Of a stretch of DNA of 44,340 nucleotides, positions 10,100-18,222 are shown one piece after another (position 1 is the first letter of the stretch; each line of letters opens with the position of its first letter). Source of the stretch: Candidatus Omnitrophota bacterium (GTDB lineage Bacteria > Omnitrophota > Gorgyraeia > Zapsychrales > Zapsychraceae). A model generated the notes under the pieces. That model had not been told where the DNA came from. It made no database searches and saw only the letters and a list, made by a program, of their open reading frames with translations. Made by a program: the position numbers and the translations under genes. The stretch covers positions 1 through 44,340 of the forward strand of contig JADFXQ010000010.1 of assembly GCA_015233495.1 (NCBI GenBank). Reading direction: 5' to 3'.

Positions 10100-13000
10100 T
10101 TATTTCACCGTAATGACTTTATTCGGCGTAGTTTCCCCAAACCACTGCACGCCTTCCTGCATCATCTTCCACTGGAGGTTGTAATTCCCCGGTTTCGCCG
10201 GCGCCGTGACGCTAAACGTCAGCACCACGGTCTCATTCGGAGCAACATCTTTGGGCATCTCCACGCGCGTCAAACCCCAGATATTATTTCCCGGCCAGTT
10301 CTGGGTTGACAAACGAAACGCATCCGCCTTTTTCCAGGTGTTCGACCCCGTATTCTGCAAGGTCACGCTAACCTGATAATTACCCCCAGCAATCATATTA
10401 TCTGGCGCTGTTTGCGTGATATATTTTGAATCATTCGGTTTAGGCACAGGAATCACGGTAATAACTTTATTCGGCGTAGTTTCGCCGAACCATTGGATTC
10501 CTTCCTGCATCATCTTCCACTGGAAGTTGTAATTCCCCGGTTTCGCCGGCGCTGTGACATTAAAATTAAACTGTGCGGTTTCGCCGGGATTGACATCCTT
10601 ACTCAATTCCACCCGTGACAATCCCCAGAAATTATTGTCAGTTGGGTTTTGTACTGCCAAACGAAAATTATCAGATTTTTTCCAAATATTGCTTCCCGTA
10701 TTTTTAAATGACACGCTTACCGCATACACTTGACCCGCCGTCATCTGGTCCGGGATTGTTTGCCCTGTCCATTGGGAATTATTCGGAGTCGGAATCATGA
10801 TGCTTCGTCCGGAAGACATCTGACTTTCACCCAGGTCATTAAAGGCTGTGAGGGCGATGAAATAAAATTTATTCTGCGCCAATCCCTTGAGCTTGCAACT
10901 CGTCACTGCGCCGACCGACAAATATTTCGTGTACTGACCGGGAGTCGCAGCCACATAGATTTGATAACCTGTCGCATTAGGAATCGCGTCCCATTGCACG
11001 GACAGCTCGTCGTTGACCGGTTGTAATTGTGGAACAGCCGGAGTTTGCAACAATGTTTTGACATATTGAGGCCAGGTCACCCCATCCCCGTCGTGGTCTG
11101 CTGTTTTAAGATAAAATTGATAATTTTTCCCGCCTTGCAGATACAAAGTGACTTCGGTCGCGTCATCGACTTCGGACATCGATTCATGCGTCGACTCAAT
11201 GCCGTAATAAATTTGGCACTTATGCGAACCCGGCGCAAATTTCCATTTGATGGTGGCGGTTCCCGGCCCGCCAACCGCTGACAAAAATGTTGGCGCGTCT
11301 AAAAACGTTGTCGCGCTCTGTTCCTGCGACTTGGCGCTCTCGCCATCCGCGTTGATCGCGGTCATGGCAAAATAATATTTCGTCCCGCCGTCCAGCCAAA
11401 GAGTTGCGGTCCCGTCTTTAGGAAGATCGACGGAATGAGCATACACACCCGGCTGTAATCCATAATAAAATTTGTAGGAAGTCGCGCCCGAAACCAGGTT
11501 CCATTGCAGTGACAGGCTCGCGGCGCCCGGCCTAACTATGACCGTCACCGGCGGGTCGAGCGGCCCCGCTAACGTAGTAACGCTTTGTTCCGCCGATTTG
11601 GGACCCTCCCCTTTTGCAGTAACCGCGCTGATTGCAAAATAGTAAGTGGTCTGGGCTTTAAGGTCTTGTATGGTGTTGACTGTCATAAAATTGCCCATCA
11701 CGATCGAATTGCTGTAAGTGCCTGGTGTAGTCCCATAATATAAAATATAGGATGTGGCGCCATCCACTCTGTCCCAGGTCAAATCCACTTTGTATTTCCC
11801 GCCTACGGCCTTGATGTTTGTAGGCGCTGACTGCACGGAAACATTGACGGCTTTGTTCAGCGTTATTTCACCAAACCATTGCACATGCTCTTGCAACATT
11901 TTCCATTGAAAGTTATATGTGCCAGGTTGCGCCGGTGCTTTAACGTTGAATGTCAAGACCGCTGTCTCACCGGATGCAATTATATCTTTCGGAAGTTCCA
12001 CCCGGTTTAATCCCCAGATATTATTGTCTGTGGAGTTTTGCGTACCCAGCCGAAAATTGTCAACTTTTGTCCAATTGTTCCGGCCCGTGTTCTTTACTGT
12101 GATGCTGATTGAATACGTTTTTCCGCTAATCATGCTGTCCGGCACTGTCTGCGAAATAAATTTCGCGTCTTGGGCCGCGAGTTGCATACTTGTCGGCGTG
12201 GCGCTTGCCTCATTGGAAATAGCGCTTTCTTGAATCCCGTTATAAGCGCTCACCACAAAATAATAGGTCAATCCGTTTGTCATGCCGGCTGTCTGCGTGA
12301 ATGCTGTCCCCGTAACATTAGTCAAGAAAGTATACGGACCTCCTTTTACGGTTGAATACTTTACAAAATAAGACGTAGCTCTGGAACTGGCCGCCCAACT
12401 TAAAGCGACTTGCCGGTCGCCCGCAGTAGCGCTCAATCCGGTCGGAGCATCCGGAGTAGACCATTGCGCCGCCAGATCATAATAAACTTTCCGAGGCGCG
12501 ACGACATCTGCGCCGCCGGCAACCGAATTGGGATTTACGGACATGATGCCAAACCACTCTTCATTCGAAAAATTATCCGGGAAACTGCCCCAAAACGGCA
12601 TACCGAAATATTCTTGTTCTGCATTGCAGCGATCCGACTGATTGCTGCAGTAAAATTCATAAGGTTTCCACCATTCATCCGAATATTCCATGACGTTCGC
12701 GCCAATCGCGATCAAAGAGTGATTGGCGACTTCTTTCCACAAAGACACATCCCAGTCCGACTGCGTGGAAGAATCATACACTCCGGCGCTTTTTTGTTGT
12801 GTGCTGGCCCAATTGTTTATGCCGGAAGCGTTTGTCACTGACCACGCGTCTACTCCATACTCCGAAATCCACAGCGGTTTACGGGATTTTGCGGCGTAAT
12901 CGTCGAATAACGTCCCAAAACTTTTTCCGGTATACACATTGGTCCCCCAAATATCCAGATCTGGCATTTGAGCGTCGGTTGTGCCCTTATCGGAATTTCC

Positions 13001-14044
13001 AATTTCCGCGATCCCGCCATTGACCACCGCGACAGGATGATAGTTTTTTCCGCCATTCGCGCTGGAAGGATTATACGCGGGATCTTCCGCGAGATGCGCA
13101 GCGCAAGCCATTTGATTGACCAAGCTATACCAGGCTTTCAACTGGCTGGCCGTCAAATTTTGTCCGCTGTGTTTCTTCAAGATATTGAAAATGGAATTAT
13201 AGTCCGCCGGATATTGCGTCTTTAAAGCATTCAACGCAGCCGGCGAATTTAAGTCCACAATGATGTCGCCGTTGTAATTCAGAAAATTGCCCGTTTCCCG
13301 CAGCCAAAGAAAAATTTCATCGCCCCGCTGGGTCCCAAACACATTTTCCAAGTCAGCTTTCCCAACCACGCTGGAATTAAGCATCTGATAATTATTCTCA
13401 TTGCCAATCGCCCAAAATAAAATGGCTTTGTGAGTTTTGAACGTGTTAACGTAATCCACAAAACGACTGATGATTTGCGGTTCGGTCAGGACATTGCCGC
13501 TGTCGTCAGTAATCCAGATATGATTATTAGCGTCAAAATTTAAATAATTCATCCAGAATCCCGCAATAACTTTCAAACCATATTGAGCGGCGAGATCCAA
13601 GGTGTTTTGCGTGATATAATTAGGGAAGCGACCATTGTTTGTGCATTGACAACTTACGGTTGTCTTATTTCCTTTCCAAATACGGATAGTATTGGCGTTC
13701 ATTTGCCGCAACAACGCGAAATCGCGATTCAAGATATTCGTATCATCAAAAATGTTATTCGCAGTTTTGTTGAAACGCGGGTCCTCGGGAGAATACCCCC
13801 AATCACTGGGATAGCGGCCGATCGGTGTCGGTTGATATCCGACGCCTTTGATGAAATAGGGCGCATAGGTCCCCGTCTCTGATAACACGCTTAAACGTCC
13901 GTTGGCGATTTTGACCCCGGCGCTCATAGCGACGCTGTCGGCAAAAACCGGAGAGTTAAAAAAAACAAACAAAGAGAATAAGCAACCGCCCCAGATCAGT
14001 TGATTAACGGCGATTGATCGGGTCCCGCGGGAATGTTGTTTCAT
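10100..14044 (-). CDS. Secreted clan-A-type glycoside hydrolase (GH2/GH158-like TIM barrel) with five FN3 and three NBR1-Ig-like domains
   Basis: Signal peptide; KGVGYQPTP, NANTIRIW, WAIGNEN, WISEYG, NEEWFGI motifs; FN3 'YYFVVSA/YYFAISA'; repeated 'NTG.N.W...FRL...PG.YNFQWKM'. Confidence 0.75.
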   Translation of the reverse strand: MKQHSRGTRSIAVNQLIWGGCLFSLFVFFNSPVFADSVAMSAGVKIANGRLSVLSETGTYAPYFIKGVGYQPTPIGRYPSDWGYSPEDPRFNKTANNIFDDTNILNRDFALLRQMNANTIRIWKGNKTTVSCQCTNNGRFPNYITQNTLDLAAQYGLKVIAGFWMNYLNFDANNHIWITDDSGNVLTEPQIISRFVDYVNTFKTHKAILFWAIGNENNYQMLNSSVVGKADLENVFGTQRGDEIFLWLRETGNFLNYNGDIIVDLNSPAALNALKTQYPADYNSIFNILKKHSGQNLTASQLKAWYSLVNQMACAAHLAEDPAYNPSSANGGKNYHPVAVVNGGIAEIGNSDKGTTDAQMPDLDIWGTNVYTGKSFGTLFDDYAAKSRKPLWISEYGVDAWSVTNASGINNWASTQQKSAGVYDSSTQSDWDVSLWKEVANHSLIAIGANVMEYSDEWWKPYEFYCSNQSDRCNAEQEYFGMPFWGSFPDNFSNEEWFGIMSVNPNSVAGGADVVAPRKVYYDLAAQWSTPDAPTGLSATAGDRQVALSWAASSRATSYFVKYSTVKGGPYTFLTNVTGTAFTQTAGMTNGLTYYFVVSAYNGIQESAISNEASATPTSMQLAAQDAKFISQTVPDSMISGKTYSISITVKNTGRNNWTKVDNFRLGTQNSTDNNIWGLNRVELPKDIIASGETAVLTFNVKAPAQPGTYNFQWKMLQEHVQWFGEITLNKAVNVSVQSAPTNIKAVGGKYKVDLTWDRVDGATSYILYYGTTPGTYSNSIVMGNFMTVNTIQDLKAQTTYYFAISAVTAKGEGPKSAEQSVTTLAGPLDPPVTVIVRPGAASLSLQWNLVSGATSYKFYYGLQPGVYAHSVDLPKDGTATLWLDGGTKYYFAMTAINADGESAKSQEQSATTFLDAPTFLSAVGGPGTATIKWKFAPGSHKCQIYYGIESTHESMSEVDDATEVTLYLQGGKNYQFYLKTADHDGDGVTWPQYVKTLLQTPAVPQLQPVNDELSVQWDAIPNATGYQIYVAATPGQYTKYLSVGAVTSCKLKGLAQNKFYFIALTAFNDLGESQMSSGRSIMIPTPNNSQWTGQTIPDQMTAGQVYAVSVSFKNTGSNIWKKSDNFRLAVQNPTDNNFWGLSRVELSKDVNPGETAQFNFNVTAPAKPGNYNFQWKMMQEGIQWFGETTPNKVITVIPVPKPNDSKYITQTAPDNMIAGGNYQVSVTLQNTGSNTWKKADAFRLSTQNWPGNNIWGLTRVEMPKDVAPNETVVLTFSVTAPAKPGNYNLQWKMMQEGVQWFGETTPNKVITVK

Positions 14045-14402
14045 GATTAATCCTTTTTTAAGAACAAATAGTTTCCTATCCTTGGGTTATTTTGTAGATT
14101 TGAGACATCAATTTTGGAATAAGCGCTAAAAGTATATCTGACTTTGGCGGGAAATCAAGGCAATCCGAGCTTGGGAAAAAAAGGCTTTACAACGCCAATC
14201 TCGTCGGAAAAATAAACGACAAAGGAATGAATAAAAAATAATTAAAAAAATTATATTAAATCGGGACGCCCGGTCCTGCGAGGGAACCGATTGCCCACCA
14301 GCCTTTTTTACTGAAATAACCTATTATCGGATGATTTGAACATCAATCCTCTTGTCCCGGCCTTGCGGATTAAATTTCTATCTGATTTTTTTCACCGTAC
14401 TG

Positions 14403-15152
14403 TCATGGTTTACGAGCTGATCTTTTTTGATTAATGTCTTCTTCCCCCTCGGCAATGTCGATGCCGAAAATCACGGACAAATCTGCATCTTTGAGAATTT
14501 TGGATTTCGCGGATTGTTTGGCCGGCACTTTGATCCCGGCCTTATGGATCAAATCCATGTGGTTGACATGACGCAATTTGAACAACAGTTCCGGTTCCTG
14601 GTCCAAACGATTGCCCACGCCGTACAGCACGGCAGCTACGTGTTTGCACATATCCGCCCAGTCCGGACAGGAGCAATCCAAAGCAATCTCTTGCGGCGTC
14701 GGGAAAAGGCCGTTGTGTTTATCGATCATGGTTTTCATGACTCCGGCCGATAACTTACCCTGTAAAAGTTCAATCACGGAATCAATTTGACCGGAGCAAT
14801 GTTGCAAAATCGCGGCCCACTTTTTTGGATCAACTGTTTGAATATCCACCTTGACCTTATAAAGCTCCGAGCCTTGAACCAGGGCCTCTACTTTGCCGTG
14901 ATCAACGTGCAAATGAATCACCGAACCATTGCGGACATAAGTGCGGCCCCGAGGCAGACGATTCGCGTAATCGCTGAATGATTCCAAGTGCGCGCACCAG
15001 GCCTTGCCCCAAAATGTTTTTGCAAGAAGGTGTCCATTGATCACCACCGGCGAAACTTTCTCACCCTTTTTCTTTAATTTCGCCGTAACCTTCTGCGCAT
15101 TTTTGCGCCGTGTCGCGACGGAAACATATGGCCGCCATCCCCAATCGTACAT
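14403..15152 (-). CDS. SWIM zinc-finger protein (SNF2-associated type)
   Basis: RLPRGRTYVRNGSV and CSCPDWADMCKH motifs. Confidence 0.9.
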   Translation of the reverse strand: MYDWGWRPYVSVATRRKNAQKVTAKLKKKGEKVSPVVINGHLLAKTFWGKAWCAHLESFSDYANRLPRGRTYVRNGSVIHLHVDHGKVEALVQGSELYKVKVDIQTVDPKKWAAILQHCSGQIDSVIELLQGKLSAGVMKTMIDKHNGLFPTPQEIALDCSCPDWADMCKHVAAVLYGVGNRLDQEPELLFKLRHVNHMDLIHKAGIKVPAKQSAKSKILKDADLSVIFGIDIAEGEEDINQKRSARKP

Positions 15153-15331
15153 TTTTTACTCCTCATATTTGCAACTTCAAACAAAACATACCAACATCCG
15201 TTTTATGCTATCGATACCTGGTCTCGCCGTCGTAGTTAAGATGGTAACCAGTTGCCCTCAAAGGCAGAGCGTATTACGCTTAGCCTGAGCGCTCAGCCAA
15301 TAATGGCCAGCGAATTAAAAGGAGGCACAAC

Positions 15332-16371
15332 ATGGTTACCATCGGATGCGATGTACATTTAAAAACCACCACCATGACCGTATTAGACCATGATGGCAAC
15401 AAACTCGCGAGAAAAAAACTTGATAATGATCCACAACAACTTACACGGTTTGTACGACAATTCCCTGGGAGCAAACAAATAGCCATGGAAACTTGTTATA
15501 ATTGACCAATATTTTACGAGCTGTTTAAAAACGACGTCGACGATTTTCGTCTTTTGCACGCCCGCAAGTTGCAATCGATCATTGCGTCCCAAGCCAAAAA
15601 CGACACCAATGACGCAGACGAAATCGCCTATTTGGTTCATAGCCGCCGTCCATTGTCCGAGAGCTATGTCGCCGACTTACAAACGCGCGGGTTCCGCCGC
15701 CTGTTGCGGACACGCGCGGGTTTTTCTTTAGATGTCGCGCGAATTAAGAACCAGATCCATGCCATACTTAATTCCCACACGTTTTATAGTCAAAGACCAC
15801 AAACTTTTAAAGATCTGTTCTGCAAACGCGGTCTGGCTTATCTTGAAACGGTGGAGCTTCCCGAGCAAGAGCGTTTTATTCTCAACCGATTGTTAGATAA
15901 AATCGTCGAGCTTGAACGCCGCCGGGATGAATTTGACGAATATATTCAACACATTCATTTTCATCACAAAGATCTGGCATACCTTCAAAGTGTTCCCGGA
16001 ATGCGCGGTAATATTTTAAAATATATTATCCTCGCCGAGATCGACAATGTTGATCGATTCCCTATCGCCCGAAGCCTTGTGGCTTATGCCGGGCTCATTC
16101 CCCGCGACCGATCTTCCGGCGGGAAAATCCGGTTCGGTTCGCTGCGCAGTGAATGCAATCAGTTCCTGCGTTGGGCGCTGATTCAAGCTGTTGTCCATGC
16201 CATTCGGCAAGACCCAGGCATGAAAAATTATTACACCCAAGTTAAAAAAACAATCGGAATAATTCCTCGGCCGCACGAATTGCTACGGCCCGGGCTTTGT
16301 TAAAAGCCATTTATTGTGTTTTGAAAGAGCATCGTATGTATCGTAAACATGTTGTTGTAAACCACGTGTAG
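15332..16371 (+). pseudogene. IS110 DEDD recombinase/transposase, disrupted
   Basis: AGGAGG RBS; GCDVH, AMET, KNDTND (DEDD) and AYAGLIPRDRSSGGK; in-frame TGA at 15503-05; frameshift at the A7 run 16244-50 before AARIATARALLKAIYCVLK. Confidence 0.9.
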
Positions 16372-16560
16372 CTCACCACGCCCCTTTATCGTCCGAGTCT
16401 TTTAGGCGAGGATGGAATGATTCGTAGTTTTGAGTACCGTGGTTCTAATATTAACTTGTGCCGCTTTCACAGGGGCACCGATATAAGGATGCAACACGAA
16501 CGCAAAATTAATTTAACCGGTCGTAAAATTATTTTACTGCCGGGATGTAGATCGTTTGTC
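16372..16560 (+). ncRNA. Predicted bridge/seek RNA of the IS1111-type element (3' end uncertain)
   Basis: Guide-like segments CGCCCCT (16379-85), TCGTAG (16422-27), TTAACTT (16451-57) and ATATAAG (16481-87) match target and circle junction; each pair brackets a hairpin. Confidence 0.8.
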
Positions 16561-16649
16561 TCAAAGAGCAGATGATGATTACTGGTTTTTACAATATTTT
16601 AAAAACACCGACGGAAAAAAAGTCTGTAGAACAAAATTTAATGGGCCGC

Positions 16650-16671
16650 TTGACACTGGTTACTATATAAG
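16650..16671 (+). promoter_or_regulatory. -35 half of the circle-junction promoter
   Basis: TTGACA at 16650-55; joining the ends gives TTGACA-17 nt-TAAGAT. Confidence 0.8.
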
Positions 16672-16741
16672 GGGCGCCCCTTGTGGGCGCCCGTTATCCG
16701 GTCGCGCCAGAACAACGGGCGCCCACGAGGGGCGCCCCTAC
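16670..16741. repeat. REP-like GTAG palindromic element, copy 1 (interrupted by the IS)
   Basis: [GT]AGGGGCGCCCCTTGTGGGCGCCC...GGGCGCCCACGAGGGGCGCCCCTAC. Confidence 0.9.
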
Positions 16742-16752
16742 AACATTTTACA

Positions 16753-18108
16753 TCACAGCGGTAGGCTGTTGTCAATTCGCCCCGCGTCTAAATCTTCATT
16801 GAGCAATAGCCACTTCCCCAGCGGAATATATTCAATCGATTTTCCTTCTAAGGTTTCGCTCGCTTCGTATTCCCCGGTTACGACGATCGCCTTATTTAAT
16901 TTAAATTCCCGCATGGCTTTTAGCAGACTGCGGATTTCCCTGGCCTTCGTCTTCTCGTCGTCAACATTCCAACAAACCTGGATCAGTTCGTTGACCTTCA
17001 GACCGTTTTTAATCACAAAATCAACTTCCCGATGCGCTTCATCTTTCCAGTAATATATTTCCATGCCAAAATCGCCGGCCTGTCTTCGCTTGAGAGAAAG
17101 AAAAACCGCGTTTTCCGCCAATTTCCCCAGATTCTCGCTAAACCGGAATCCAATGACATTGCAAAGCCCGGTATCGATGGCATAAACCTTACGCGGACTT
17201 TTCTCTTGTTCTTTCGTTTTGTAATCAAATCTTTTCACCAAAAACAGCAAATATGCTTCTTCCAGATAACCGGAATAATTCCCGACGGAATTAATGGATA
17301 ATTTCATGGATCGGGTGATGGATTTAAATGTAATCAAACTGCTGATATTGCTCATATAAAATCTGACTAATGCGCGTAATTCCTGAATCTTGCTGATTTT
17401 GTAACGTTGCAAGAGATCATGGGTAATGATGTCTTCAAAATAGCGATATAAAATTTCCTTCTTTTCATTTTTTAACACGACTTCCGGGAAAGCGCCGAAT
17501 TCCAAATATTGATAAAGCCATTTGTTTAATTCCGGTTTATTCAGGAACGCCTCGGCCGAATTTTTAATTTCAACGCCTTGAAACCGCAAAAATTCCCGGA
17601 ATGATAACGGAAAAACCGTAACATCCAAATGCCGGCCGGTCATAATCGTTGCCAAATCCGGACTCAATAAATGGGCATTTGATCCCGAAATAATCATTCT
17701 CGCCTTTTGCAATTCATGAGCTTTTCTTATCCATTTTTCGAAACCAGCAACTTCATGGATTTCATCAAAGAATATTGTCGGTTGTTTGTCCGGTGCAATA
17801 TATTGATAAAAGGCGTCAAAAATTTCATCTAAGAATGCCGCGTCTTTTCGCGCCGGGAAAGATGGGTCTTCAAAATTTACAAAAAGTATATTTTTCGGTT
17901 CCAGGCCATCGGCGATCAATTTCTTGGCCATTTGACGCATAATAAAAGATTTCCCCGAACGCCTTGATCCGGTAACTGCGACCACGAAATTCGTTTGAAC
18001 TAACGAATTTAATTTGGCAAGATATCTTTCCCGCGATATCCCCGTTCTTTGTTCTTTGGTCCAAAAATTCCAGTCTTCCAGCAATAGTCTTAACTCGTTT
18101 TTGTTCAT
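16753..18108 (-). CDS. AAA+ ATPase with DUF4143 and C-terminal nuclease-like motif (COG1373-like)
   Basis: GSRRSGKS Walker A, FFDEIH, SGSNA, KVYAIDTG, EVDFV..IQV; start reassigned to MNKNEL. Confidence 0.9.
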   Translation of the reverse strand: MNKNELRLLLEDWNFWTKEQRTGISRERYLAKLNSLVQTNFVVAVTGSRRSGKSFIMRQMAKKLIADGLEPKNILFVNFEDPSFPARKDAAFLDEIFDAFYQYIAPDKQPTIFFDEIHEVAGFEKWIRKAHELQKARMIISGSNAHLLSPDLATIMTGRHLDVTVFPLSFREFLRFQGVEIKNSAEAFLNKPELNKWLYQYLEFGAFPEVVLKNEKKEILYRYFEDIITHDLLQRYKISKIQELRALVRFYMSNISSLITFKSITRSMKLSINSVGNYSGYLEEAYLLFLVKRFDYKTKEQEKSPRKVYAIDTGLCNVIGFRFSENLGKLAENAVFLSLKRRQAGDFGMEIYYWKDEAHREVDFVIKNGLKVNELIQVCWNVDDEKTKAREIRSLLKAMREFKLNKAIVVTGEYEASETLEGKSIEYIPLGKWLLLNEDLDAGRIDNSLPL

Positions 18109-18123
18109 AATTACCACCTCATA

Positions 18124-18189
18124 TGACAAGATTTGCAAATTTTGTCACTTGCCATATACAAATATGCCATTTTTCTTGCTGAATGTCAA
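18124..18189 (-). promoter_or_regulatory. Sigma70-like promoter with downstream 24-bp palindromic operator
   Basis: TTGACA-17-CATATT on the minus strand; TGACAAGATTTGCAAATTTTGTCA at 18124-47. Confidence 0.6.
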
Positions 18190-18222
18190 CTTTATTTACA
18201 TTAAAGCGCCAACTATAAATAA

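Larger units (their letters stand above)
15234..16671 (+). mobile_element. IS110-family, IS1111-type insertion sequence inserted in a REP-like palindrome
   Basis: Subterminal IRs ATGGTAACCAGT (15241-15252) and ACTGGTTACTAT (16655-16666), 11/12 match; AG core at 15234-35 and 16670-71; removal restores GTAGGGGCGCCCC. Confidence 0.92.

Noticed and set aside
10120..10560. Near-identical DNA repeats at the GH C-terminus as a DGR VR/TR pair
   Set aside because: Differences are not adenine-specific, both copies are in frame within one gene, and no reverse transcriptase is present
14263..14305. GC hairpin upstream of the GH gene as a c-di-GMP riboswitch
   Set aside because: Only partial GGCAA/GGGACGC resemblance; GAAA tetraloop and second stem are missing
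15503..15505. In-frame TGA as evidence of an alternative genetic code or selenocysteine
   Set aside because: TGA terminates normal genes here (asd, fabF, metX) and the same gene carries a second lesion
16556..17053. 165-aa plus-strand ORF
   Set aside because: Spans the IS end, the REP and the antisense of the ATPase; no protein motifs
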